From Tubiluchus corallicola (lineage: Eukaryota; Animalia; Priapulida): a stretch of DNA of 64,000 nucleotides. Made by a program: the position numbers and the translations under genes. The stretch spans positions 62,001-126,000 of the forward strand of contig JAQGDQ010000178.1 of NCBI GenBank assembly GCA_030141605.1, given 5' to 3'. Each line of letters begins with the position of its first letter. Position 1 is the first letter of the stretch. This document shows positions 41,015 to 54,236 of this stretch, one piece after another. Below the pieces are notes generated by a model. That model made no database searches. It saw only the letters and a list, made by a program, of their open reading frames with translations, and was not told where the DNA came from.

Positions 41015-41330
41015 ACTTACCGTTCAAAGGGCTATCCAACCATTATATGGACCGCCTCTGGCCCGTTTCCAATCTTTAGAAATAAACAGTATACATTTTG
41101 CGAAAAATGGGCAAAAAGTGGCCATTTTTGGAGGTTTTTCGCCCCCGTTCCTCCCGGCAAGTCCGATTGAAAAAATAGACCATCAATGAAACGACACTAG
41201 GTCAAGATCTTTTGTTTGACTCATAGTTCGACGAAAACGGTACCGAAGTTGAAGCTGTAGCCTCGAAGCTTGTATGTAAACACCCATATAACCGAAATTG
41301 ATTACAGAGATTAACTATAACGGTAAAAAA
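41015..41330. mobile_element. Short non-autonomous repeat, possibly Helentron-associated
   Basis: Short inverted ends ttaccgtt ... aacggtaa; GC-richer interior; non-coding. Confidence 0.3.
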
Positions 41331-41671
41331 TGCTAGAAACTAACTACAGCACGTCAAGCAAGTGCATATTAATTATTTAATTAACATTAGCCTGTCACCG
41401 TTTGGTGAACTTCCTGTTCGAATTTCCTAGTTGTCTTTCCGGTTTTATGCGAAAACTTAGAACAAAACATGTCATGGAAACCATGTCACGTGCACACTTC
41501 ATTTGATTCGACAGGTAGACGGCACTGCTCTTTCCTTCCGTCTTCCTCGATTCTTCAAGTGAGTTGATTGCAGGTGATTACCAACGGTAGTACTGCCCAA
41601 ATTAGTCTCTCCAAATGCTCATTGTAACTTACCTGTAACAGAAAGCAAGCACAGATAATTAAGACTACGAT

Positions 41672-42420
41672 ACAACGCATGACAAATGCATAGATAATGT
41701 TAGAGACCATGATTAGGAACACGAAACAACATGATAAACGTACAGAAGATGCTAGAGATCATGGTTAAGAACATAATACATCATGATAAATGCACAGATG
41801 ATTGTAGAGACCATGAATAAGAACACGAAACAGCATGATAAACGTACAGAAGATGCTAGAGACCATGGTCAAGAGCACAACACAGCATGATAAACGCACA
41901 GAAGATGCCAGATACCATGATTAAGAACACATTACATCATGATAAATGCATATATGATTGTAGAGACCATGAATAAGAACACGAAACAGCATGATAAACG
42001 TACAGAAGATGCTAGAGACCATGGTCAAGAGCACAACACAGCATGTGATAAACGCACAGAAGATGCCAGAGACCACGATTAAGAACACAACACATCATGA
42101 TAAATGCACAGATGATGGTAGAGACCATGAATAAGAACACGAAACAGCATGATAAACGTACAGAAGATGCTAAAGACCATGGTCAAGAGCACAACACAGC
42201 ATGTGATAAACGCACAGAAGATGCCAGAGACCACGATTAAGAACACAACACATCATGATAAATGCATAGATGATTGTAGAGACCATGAATAAGAACACTA
42301 CAGAGCATGATGAGCGCATAGATAATGTGAGAACTATGATTAAGAGCACGAAACAGCGTAATAATGCACAGAAAATGCTAAATATCACGATTACGAACAG
42401 GATACAGCATGACACAGACA
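41672..42420. repeat. Minisatellite, ~52-bp unit, ~14 copies, with 3-unit higher-order structure
   Basis: gagaccatga(a/t)taagaacacgaaacagcatgataaacgtacagaagatgcta and variants. Confidence 0.95.
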
Positions 42421-45375
42421 TTAAAAGTGCAGAAAGGAAATGACTCAAAACAGTAGCGCATGATACAAGCACAGTACCACAGAACATGTTCAAGAACACA
42501 GTTCAGAAACCTTACATTGTTGTAAGGCCTATGTGCAGAGTAACAATGCATCTCAGAGTAATTATACGTTATAAAAAATATAACCAATTAAGAGCTTGAG
42601 ATTAGGTCAGAGATCTGTCATTGCTTTTCATGCCGGAGGTTGAATGTCTGAGTTCAGTTAAACTGTTTAGTATTACTGGTATTTCCCCGACAGAGTGAAC
42701 GGTTTAGTCTAAGTGATGTGCGAGTAATAATATTCAGACGGGGATATTTTGTCAGCCTCAGAACTGACTCCAAATGGGATTAATGTGTAGATCTGTGAGG
42801 CGTTTGATAATTATTAATTTTTGGCCCGGTATCTGCAAGTAAGTTTTAATTGATACGCACGTTTAATAGGCAGTATAGTTGATTAGAATGTGAATTAATT
42901 ACTGTCTGCTTGCGTGCTGTTGCCTTTAAAAGCCAGAAGTTATTTTTCGCTGCAAGAGCCAAGTGCAGACACAGTCTATGAAGACACTCACTCTATTTTC
43001 TGTTCATTTAATAATCCATTGATTAACAAGATTTAGTCTAGATGTTTGTGGTGTAATTTTCCAGCTGTGTATATTGTATTTATTCCCATGAAGACGCATG
43101 TTTGAGCGTGCAAATGGTCACCATTCAAAGCCTAGGCACATCCGGCCAAACTGCTTCGCTTTCAGAAGAGGAAAACATAGAATAGCAATTCCTCAGAATC
43201 ATGAGTTTGTGACGTCACTACAAAATTACGGTAATTACGATCTTACCTGGCAGGTAGATAATATAAGTCAGCGTAGGAGACGTTTTAATGAAGCATTTCG
43301 AAGAGTGGAAGATGCTTGATGTTTGCGCTTTACTATAACGTTGAAATACAATTTTGCCTTCATCTTTCATTTTTGTTACTTTCGTAAAGATGACGTCTAA
43401 CTGTGTGTTATAAATTTATACCATAAATTTATTGGAATCTCATCTCCATTTAGAAATTTCGTAAACCCGCGCGAATTTGACACAGAATTAAAAGACATTA
43501 AGCAGTTTATCACAGTTTGACAAGCAGACATCATAAGTTGCTATATCTGCCACTAGAAATGTACACAAGATCTACAAACACATTACATTTTGTTTATACT
43601 CAAGTATTTTGTCTAAACACGCCATAGTAAACTGACTGTCAACATCGTGCAATTTTTCGAGCTTGCAACAACTAATCGTTGGCAGAATAGCCTAGTTATT
43701 ACTGGAGAAGACGGATACTAGAAAAGTAAAAGTAAAATAACAGTACAGAAGGAAAACGTATTGTTCTTTATCAAAACCAGTCCACTTTCCTTTCTAGTTA
43801 TCCACTACGAACGTTACTAAAATTTCATAATACGTTTTAGAGCTTTATTTTGGGATTATTCTGAATCCAGAAGACCTGCCGATTTTAGCGGTGGGTGCAA
43901 TACTGCTTGTTTGTGTGCAGGTGCTGCGCTGTCCTGATTGAACATTGGCGGCAGAAGATTCGTATGAATTAGGACACCTATCTAGTTACGGCATAGCGGC
44001 GATGTTGCTAAGGTTAAGCAAACGGTTTTGGACGACACATAGAGTGAATGGTTGTCATGGCTGACACAAGTCATTATTATTCAACAGACTCACAAGAAAT
44101 CTGTTGCTAAAAGCTTGTTGTACCACCTTTGGAAAGGGCATTTTACCCGACCGTTATCAATGATATAATCTTTGGGGATAAGAAACGTCTACCTCTTTCA
44201 AAAGCTCATAGAAGATTTATGCTGCTACAGTGGCAGTTAATGCCTCCTATTAGATGTGCGATTGAGTTGAAAGTGGCGCTGACCATAATAGCAGTGTTTA
44301 GTTTTTTGCTGAATTAATGCTGTGTTTATCTGACTTGAGGGCAGATTTCTTTTATTTTAGAGTTCTGTCTGCCTAATGTCTACAATAGACGTAATAGGAA
44401 AATGAGGATGATGATTAGATGTGCCTCCTTGTAAACGCGAGGGTGCTCTATATTGGCAGGATGCTGACAGCTCTTCCTCTTTATGCAGGCATGATCTGAC
44501 GCTATACTGTTGTAGAAAGTTTTGCGCAACTATTACGTCATCGTTAAATTAAGTTTTTATACATCAATATTTAATTATCAGTAACACTATGGTAATTAGT
44601 GTAGTTAAAAATGATATAGATCAAAAATGATGGTCACAAAAATCATCCTGATTTCCTTTAAAACATTTTACCAGGGAAGCAAATATTGCCTAGACCTCTT
44701 ACATATTATAATATTGCTGACACTGCTCGTGTAAAATATCCACATTGATTTTATTTCAAGAAGAACTCTTTTCATACCATTATGCAGCCATCACAGTCCC
44801 ATGCTTCCTTTTCTCCTGCATTCAGAAGTAAAACCTCTCAGCTGTTTATTGAATTATTAATTTTTCGTTGTGTGAAGTTTCTCTTCGCAAACATGGCCTC
44901 AATTATCTTTAGTAAAAATGAAATGAATGCGGCACTTTTAGCGGAGGAAACCTTTGATATGATATGAAACTTCAAGTGGAATCGGCGTGTCTAGTGTCTG
45001 ATTACAAAGAGGGGGCCCTTTGAAAATTATTACGTGACATTTTAGTTCTATGCTATGCAATAGTAATAGGCCACAGCGATGTACATATCAGTCTTCAGTG
45101 AGCCGAATGTGTAAAAATGCAGCTTGGACAGAAATGGTTTGAAAGCGTTGGGGGTGCGTTGGTACGCTTTATCGCCGCGTCATCTAAAACCGACGTGCGA
45201 TTGTTTACTGATCTTCATAAAAAAATGCACATCAACTCGTTATTAGCGTAATATAAAAACAACGTATTGATGTTCAAAATCAACACTAGTGTTCATTTAA
45301 TCTAATTCTAGCCTTAGCCCTAACTTCGTTCTATGCACATTCGACCTGGTTTGACAAAATGCAACTGACAGCCAG

Positions 45376-45623
45376 TTTTAAATGCGCAAGAGGCAACACA
45401 TTTGTCTTACGTATTGTTATTTTGGAGGAAAAGGTAATTTTAAAGTATGTCTCAAAAATGTTTCAGTACAGTTACATTACTTAAATCAGAAATGCATTTG
45501 GACACTCTTTTGTTTTAGGCAATCTAAGTGCGTGGAAAGTTTTTGGAGACATGCTTTAAAATTGCCTGTTCTTCAAAAATAACAATACGTAAGACAAACG
45601 TGTTGCCTATTGCGCATTTAAAA
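45376..45623. mobile_element. Fold-back (palindromic) MITE
   Basis: ttttaaatgcgcaagaggcaacacatttgtcttacgtattgttattttt... pairs with ...aaaaataacaatacgtaagacaaacgtgttgcctattgcgcatttaaaa over ~85-100 bp. Confidence 0.85.
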
Positions 45624-46253
45624 TTGATTGTTAGCATTTTATGCTATAAAACGAACAAAAAACTTGTTAACTGATTATTAGTTGACACATTAAAATAGTA
45701 GCGAATATCAGAAGCAGAAATTTAAACAATGAATTCGTATTACAGATCTTAAGGATTTCGAGTTTTGATTACCGTATAATCAAGTTTTTCAGTCAAAACG
45801 GTGTGGCACATCTCATAAGTTTTACAGTAATTCTAGAATAACATAATAATACAAAATTAATTAAACCGATTAATTATAAAAAAATCTAGTTATAATGACG
45901 TAGATGTATCAATATTTAAGTTTAGATTGTTGTTGAATTTTCCAGAATTGACATTTGACTATTATAGGGTAGGCTACTAGCTACACACCATCACATCACA
46001 ACGTATAACATTCCTTGAGCAAACACAAAATCCGTGAAGCTTCTATACAGGCAGTTTGGGAAATAGCTGAAAATATTTTGTGAAAATCAAACAGCAGCGC
46101 ATTATTATTGGGAATCTCATTTGGTTTTATCAGAAAATGTTCTGCGTCACATCCTGTTTTGCGCAACTCATTTGGGATTTCACTGTATAGACGCAATGGT
46201 CTCTTACTTATTATGATTATTAGGCAGTCAATTTCTAATTGTTATCCTGTTTT

Positions 46254-46517
46254 ATTAACTAATTATGACTGTGATTGCCAAAATTTTTATAAACCATTGC
46301 AGTTTATTTTACCAATTATTACCCACTGCGGCTAATGGTTTGGAAAAAGGAGACACTGAAAAATTGCGGACTAGTTGGGGCTTGAATCCGACACCTTGGA
46401 TTAGTACTCTCATGCTCCACCACCTAAGCCACAAGCCCAGTGTGACAGACCAGGATTAAAATAAACCGCAATGGTTTATAAAAAGAACTCTGGCAATCAC
46501 AGTCATAATTAATAATT
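46254..46517 (-). mobile_element. Element with ~55-60-bp inverted ends enclosing a tRNA-like cassette
   Basis: taattatgactgtgattgcca..ttataaaccattgcagtttatttta / taaaataaaccgcaatggtttataa..tggcaatcacagtcataatta; interior minus strand tggcttaggtgg (A box) and ggattcaagccc (B box). Confidence 0.7.
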
Positions 46518-47359
46518 AATGATATCGTAAGTTGTCAGCTAATTTTGGAAAGATTGTCAGCTAATTTTAGATATTGACTTTAACACTTAAACCACAATAT
46601 ATGGTTCACAATATATGCAACCCATTGTTTGATGTGAAAATATAAATTTTCATACTGCTTTTTGCAGTTTCAAAGGTTATGCAACGCCCACGCAGCTCTT
46701 AAACCAGATTCTCATAATTTGCGAAACACAAGAACGTCTCTGAACGACGGACAAGTGCTTTTCGCTTCCATGCATTTAATTCAACAGCAGAGCGGCAAAT
46801 ATTGTGAAATATTTGCACAAGTTTACTGTGAATCAAAGACTGGATGAATTCGAGCAGAGACTCCCTGAATCAAGGGCTAACGACAAATGAAGATAATCTG
46901 AATGTGAGATGAGAGTCAGAAAGATTCTTTGCGAAGCGAAAATTCATATGTTTGATTTAGCAGTGAAATTTTCACTACTTAAGTTAGTTTATTAACATTG
47001 ATTTGAGATAAGTTTTAAAGTACAGTACTTAATGTCACCATAGGATAGATATTTCTGTGGTATGAGACATTTTGTAAGTGTGATTCTGTACATTGCTGGG
47101 GCGTACATTCATTTACATATTTTTATATCATATTACAACTTCAAAGTTTTAATTTTTTACTATTATTATAATTACAATGTATGCAACTCTTTTAATAGTC
47201 TAACCGAATAATTACTGCACACACCAGACATGATAAGAAAGACATCATGCTCTTACAACATCTAACCTAGCGATTAGTTAATTGAAAAAAGATGCTCTAA
47301 AAACTGTTAGCCAACCAGGACTTGAACCCAGAACCTTGCGTTAGATATTTATATCTAAG

Positions 47360-49560
47360 ATATTTATTTATTAGTGTCAAAAATACATAAAGTACAAGTA
47401 AAAACAAGACATACATGCAATTTCAATTTTGATATACAAACAAAATAATTACTAATAAAACAAATATTAATAAATGTTCCTGTAAGTTATATTAGTTATT
47501 TAAAGAAAAGTTTAATGATTAGTATTTAAAAAAAATTGCCATTCATTAGGCCTCATTTTCAAAGATATAATAATTACATAGTGTGTTTTTCATCATGTCT
47601 TTAAAACGATTTTTCAGCATAATCAATAAATGCCTTAATTACTTCTAAATCACTATTTCTCATCAGGAATAAAAGTTTATCAGCATCGCTTATAAGGAAA
47701 AATTCTGGTATAATTACATTGATGCGATTACATAATTTTAGTTAAGATCATTGTAATGTGGGCATTTTATAACAAATAGCAATTCGTCTTCCATTGCGTT
47801 TCTTTGAATAGTATGAGTATAGACGATTCTCAGTGGGATTTTTCTAAGTTAACGTACATCCCTCTTTCAATAACCAAAGTATGAGATTTGATTCTCAGTT
47901 TCGTAAATTTTGTTACAGCATGTTTGGAACAATCAGAAAATAAATGGTTTTCTAGTTGAAATTGTTTCTTGAAGGTTCGATACGTTCACAGTTTGTTTTG
48001 TCCATCAGGTTTGTTAGCACTACGGATTTCCTCTTTCCAAAATAGGGCATAATCAGTTCTGATTTTTTCTATATGACATAACTATCATAAGATTGGCTAG
48101 TAACATGTATTCAGTAGTGGATTGTATCCTTAATTATTTTTAAAAAATGGGAAACGGCCATTTCTGCCCTAGTCGCATATTTGCTTGATTTGTTACTGAC
48201 ATTGAAAAGAAAACTGCATAATTTAATATTGGCCTCTCCGCTTGGCACATTGTCAAATTTAGTTTGAATATACGGGGAGTTGGTTTTAATTTTAATAATG
48301 CTAGGTCCCCATATACAAGAGCCGTATAGCATGATAGGTTCTACAGTATGTTCAAATAATTTGATAATAGCATGTGGGTGTGCGCAGTTTGAGATGTAGT
48401 TTTCCATGCAGTAAAAAGCTTTTAGGCCTTTGTGTTTTAGTTTGGTACAGCTTTGCCTGAAAGCACCAGCCGTAAAAAAATCGACTCCTAAGTATTTATA
48501 GGATTGGACTATTTTCAGCTTATCAGACCATAGGTAAAGTTTAAGTCTTTTAGAATTCTGCCTGCTTTGTTAAAAACAACAATTTCTGTCTTAAGGCATT
48601 ATTAAGGCACTGTTGCAATCCTGACTGGGATCAAGAAAGTAAGACCATATCATCTGCATAGAGAAGACAGTTGGTTTCAAAATTGCCTAGACTGACGGAT
48701 AGTATCCATTAGATGTGAAAACTGTTGGCAACTCATTGATATAGTAGGAAAAGAGAGCTGTGCTCAACGTACATCCTTGCTTAACACCTAAGGAGGATGG
48801 TATATCTTCTGTTAATCCGTCAGCGAGTTAAACGGAGTAATTAGTTTTTGCAAAATCCTAAGAAAATAACCACCTATATTATTTTTTAACAATTTATAGT
48901 ACAATCCTATTCGCCAAACTGAATCAAAGGGTTTGCGCAAAATCAACGAAATAACAATAAAGTTCATGATTTCGTTTCAAAAATTTATCGGTAAGTGTTT
49001 TTAACGTAAAAATGTGGTCACTGGTACGACAGCCTTTTTAAAATCCTATTTGTCTCTCATGCAGAATTTTATTATCACTCAGAAATTTTTGTAACATAAT
49101 TATTCAGAATTTTCGCAGCTAAGTGAAATGGCGATTCCTCTATAATTGTTTGGGTCTGTTGCACTTCCACTTTTGTATATTTGGAAGATGTAGCTTTCCT
49201 TCCACTGGGTAGGATAGCAGGAACCAGAAAAGAGCAAATTGAATAATTTACGAAGACAAGGAATCATAACCAAAACTAGAACCATAAGCGTTGTGCGTTT
49301 CGTTTATTAAGCCGTCTGTACTAGCAGCTTTGTTATTTTTTAACTGTTTAATGGCTACCAGGATTTCCGTAGCAGCTATTCTGTAATCTAGCTGAGAAAT
49401 AATAGTGTAATTTTCTTCAATATACGCGAACAATTTTTTAGTTTTTCTCCAATGTCTATCGCTACTATTCGGTAAACTTCGAAAATGTTCTACCCAAACT
49501 ATTGATTCAATGTCATTGTCCTTGTTCGAGGTTTTTTTCTGGGTTCTGATTATCTTTCGG
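47360..49560 (-). mobile_element. Decayed RTE/RTEX-like LINE ORF2 (RT domain to 3' end)
   Basis: Ordered fragments LKNNKAA, DPNNYRGI, QIGF*KGCRTSDHIFTLKTL, FVDF..FDSVWR, GVKQGCTLS, CLLYADDMVLLS, YKYLGV, PIMLYGSCIWG; (aaat)n-like tail near 47365. Confidence 0.92.
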
Positions 49561-50519
49561 GTGTTACAAAATAATAGGCCTACCATCACACATTAAATAA
49601 GTCATTTTCCCAGTCGTGCACTACATAGTTTAGGCTTTCACATTTAGTATATACAAGAAGACCTACGTTTGAAAAAGTTTAAGCTTCCTAAATGTCTTGT
49701 TTTTCGAAGACTGCAAAAATAAATTGTATCCCGTAACGCAAAGCAAAAACAGGTTTAGGAGAATAATTTTCTCTAGAAGTGAAAACCGTTTCTTGCGCAA
49801 ACATGAAGTTAAACATGCTTAGTATGGAACTCTTCTTCAACTTTTTCCCGGAAACGATTTTACCAATTTCAAGTTGCTCCTGAATGGATGTCTTATTGTT
49901 TTTTAAACGGACTTATCACTGTGAAATAAAGAGCAGCCATTATTAGGTGGCAGTTCTTTAGGGTACCCTGGGTAATTACGCAAGAGAAACTGACACCATA
50001 CTGAAAAATCTTTTGCAGATTGCTATTATAAGAAACCAAAATTTCTACGCCACACACCTTGTAAACAATGCTAAAAGTGAAATGCAAATCAACGTTCTAG
50101 TGTTATTGGATACGCCACCGTAGCAAACTCATACCTCTCAGAAATTTACTGAGAGTTGCGCAAGATTCCTTTATATCAAAATTCATTGAATATGGAACGT
50201 AAAAGAGTCGTAAAGTCTTTTACTGCAGTATTTGACCTGATCGAGAAGTGGGTTATGAGAGTTTGATTGATATGATTATGATTCACAGAGGTTATCGTTA
50301 GAAATGACCCATATTTGTAGCCGTTGGCAATTGATAACAAAGTGAATTTTTTAATTAAATTTAATTTTAAAGTTAAATGAAACTTGACTTAATTTAATTA
50401 ATTGTCTTAAACTGACATGGAGTGAATATGTACTCAAAATACGCGATTAGCCATCATTATTCATGATTCATCATCACTGTAATAGTATCATTTGAAGACT
50501 CTTAGCGACTAAACCAAGG

Positions 50520-50580
50520 AATGATGCCGAGGGTGGTCAGTGACTGTGTGCGTGATTAGTGGGTTCGATTCCCACTGAAC
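50520..50580 (+). repeat. Degenerate tRNA-like/SINE head
   Basis: tgccgagggtgg (A-box-like) and gggttcgattccc (B box); no complete cloverleaf. Confidence 0.35.
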
Positions 50581-50821
50581 CTCGTAAAGGGAGACTGAAT
50601 AATCCTGATATATAGCTAGCGCCTCGCTGATTCAGCAATTCGATTGCCTTGACTGATTCCAGTCCTGCCACAGCCATCATGAGTCTTGCCTTAAGATGTC
50701 TTAAGTTCTATTTGATAGTCTGACGTAAAATAATAGTTTTATATATTTTTTCGCACTTGTCACACTGCAACTCTATTTTTTATATCGCTAGTGCAAACTA
50801 TGTTAAATGCTGAAGAAATGT

Positions 50822-50823
<2 letters not shown>

Positions 50824-50860
<37 letters not shown>
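50824..50860. repeat. (CT)n microsatellite
   Basis: Direct reading. Confidence 0.95.
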
Positions 50861-50865
<5 letters not shown>

Positions 50866-51669
50866 AATTAAATTTGCAAAGTAAGAGTACGCAAGAGATC
50901 AGCGCCATCTATTACTTTAACCATTAATTTCTTTCATGTAAATTAACAATTCAATTAATGCACAGCACATCAGCGGCATCCGCTAATGACTTTCACCATT
51001 AATTTTACATTATCTTACAAATAAGCAACCATACATTTAACCACTTTATCATATTCCAGCTGATAACAACTGAAGGTGTTTGTGAATTCCACCGCCTTCT
51101 CGTTTGTTTTCAAACTCAAGGACTTTGAGGACTCTCTTACGCCTTAAGAAATTACACAGACAACGATTGACAATCTAACTGTTGCGGCAAAGCAAATAGA
51201 ACAATGTGTTTCTATGAACTCCTGTTTCTACTTTCACATTTTATTCTATTTTTCATTCTGACCTATAGATGGTGCTGCCTCAAATTTAGTACAATAATTA
51301 TCTGAAGTAAGTTCTGATTCACCACCTGATACCCAGAATATGAAATCATGGCTGCAGGTCGAATTACTCCGCAATTTTTTAGTCAAATTGTCGTGAAAAT
51401 TATCGACAAAAGGCTATAAAATCCAACTCGTGGCCATTAGCCGAGACCCGTAAATTGTTGTTATTAGCTGGGCGTCCCGCTAGATGGCAGTGGAAATTTC
51501 TTTCGTGGCGTACCCAGTTTAAGATTACAGACATAGTTAAGTCTGCCACACTGTATGATTTATACAGTTTACGTATTATAAAATTACAATGAAATGTTTA
51601 GTGATGAAGCTTACAGTTTATAAATATGCAATACATGACATGCATTATTAGGGAATTATTACAGAAAAA

Positions 51670-52469
51670 TGTAAGTAGACATCGAATTGTTCACAAAAAT
51701 GTTAAGAAACGGTGTTTTGTAATACAATAAAATTTAGAAAGTGGCAATAAAGTTTTCTCAGCCGAGCAGCGAAAAACTAGTGAGAAGTTCTACAGAAGAC
51801 CGCGTCGGAGCACGTGGATACGCCTTGGGCTCCTGTCACGGTCAATGCCAGACTCATTTCAAAAGATTTGATTAAACAACTCGGATTCGAATTTTCGTCG
51901 AATCTGGCCTGTATATAATAAAGTTATCTCTTTCATAAATCCGGGCGGCTTATATAGAATGAGAAGCTGCTTATCTCATTGCGAAGCAAGCCCTGGGGCG
52001 GATCCATGTCGATTTGAAGGCTAGTTACTGGCAACAGCCCCCTAGGAGGACTTTTTATTGAAAAGCAGTTAGGCAGTCTATATGAGGTGACAGTCAGCGG
52101 CTGATCAACTACATACAAATACCAGATTGGTTATGGGGCTGAACAGTGTTGTTCATGTTTTGTGCAACGGTTTCTCACCCACAGACATTAGTCAGAGAAT
52201 GAATTGTGTTGGAGTAACAGAACATGATTTTTTGTCGTTTGGCTTTGTATTGCATGATACGTAAGTTTACAATTTCGTGTTTATTGTCTTGTTAATTCGT
52301 TACAATATTGATTTTTTGTAATTTATTTTTACACTGTATGATTTTGAATTGAGTGGATTGTTGCGTAAGTGGTGACCTTAACTGAGTCGAAACGGCTGCA
52401 GATGTAGTATCTGAATAAAAGTCATGTCTGTGCTTAACTGAGTGTTGGCTGTTCTTTTCAAATGCTACA
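51670..52469 (+). mobile_element. Possible solo LTR
   Basis: TGT...ACA ends, TATA-like motifs near 51912/51950, aataaa ~50 bp before the terminal gctaca; no TSD found and 5' end uncertain. Confidence 0.3.
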
Positions 52470-53449
52470 TTCTGTAATTCTGGAATGTGTTATAAATGAC
52501 TCTAAAGACTGCACTTAGGTTTCAGGAAGAATTGATTATATAATTAAGTCGGACACTTGAGTTTAGTTTTGACAATAATGTTAGAAACTCATTTCGTTAT
52601 CGTTGATAGCTTGTAATAAGACCCTTGTGTCCAAACCAATTTAAAGTGAGAGTTCGTGGATAGGCCGCATTAATCTGCTGTGACGTCCCTAAATTTTTCG
52701 ATTGGATCTGCCTATTTTGCAATGTTAACTCAATTATTCCACCTCTGTATTCATTCATTTTCTGCGTCAGTTCATCGTCCAAATCTCGTTATTTTAATGT
52801 CATCTTGAGCAATGACGGCAGTTCCAGAAAAATTTCTAGTCTGGATAAAGCACCGTCATAAGCAATCAGATCCTATTAAATTTATTTCTTTATTTTTGAG
52901 TTGCATCTTAGGGCAGATCAAGAAAAATATATATGCTTCTGCGCGTTCTCGCAAGGCTGCAAAGTACAATTAGAAGCATCCTGTGGTGGAAAAAGTGTAT
53001 TGGTTAAGAGGAAACAATGGGGCGGCAAAAAACCAAGTATGGGCAGAAAAGAGAGTCGCTGCCAGTACAGCGTTGTAGCACCGTGGTATCGAGTCAACGT
53101 TTCAAAATCAGGCACAAAAAACTTTTGAAACTGTCATTTCTGAAATTATACATGCCGGGCTGTATGTAATTACATTCACGTGATACATTTACGGTACGTC
53201 TGGCAGAGATGCGCTTAAGCCTATTAGGCTTATGCATTATAACGTGAATTATGAGAAAACTCAAGCAATTGAAAGTTAACGGCAAATACTGCATTTAGAA
53301 CGGAATGCGTATCTACGTAAAACCAAACATACTAGCCATAGTGCTGCGTCAAGAGGACATGACAGCATACCCCAGAAAGAAACGCTAAAGTCCATAATGA
53401 CATTATACCCCAGAAAGAAAAGATAAAGTCCATAATCTCATACTGCCGG

Positions 53450-54236
<787 letters not shown>

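Noticed and set aside
52597-52860. Host gene exon on the minus strand
   Set aside because: Contains stops; GTAVIA and INAAYP fragments look more like a decayed LINE endonuclease, too weak to annotate
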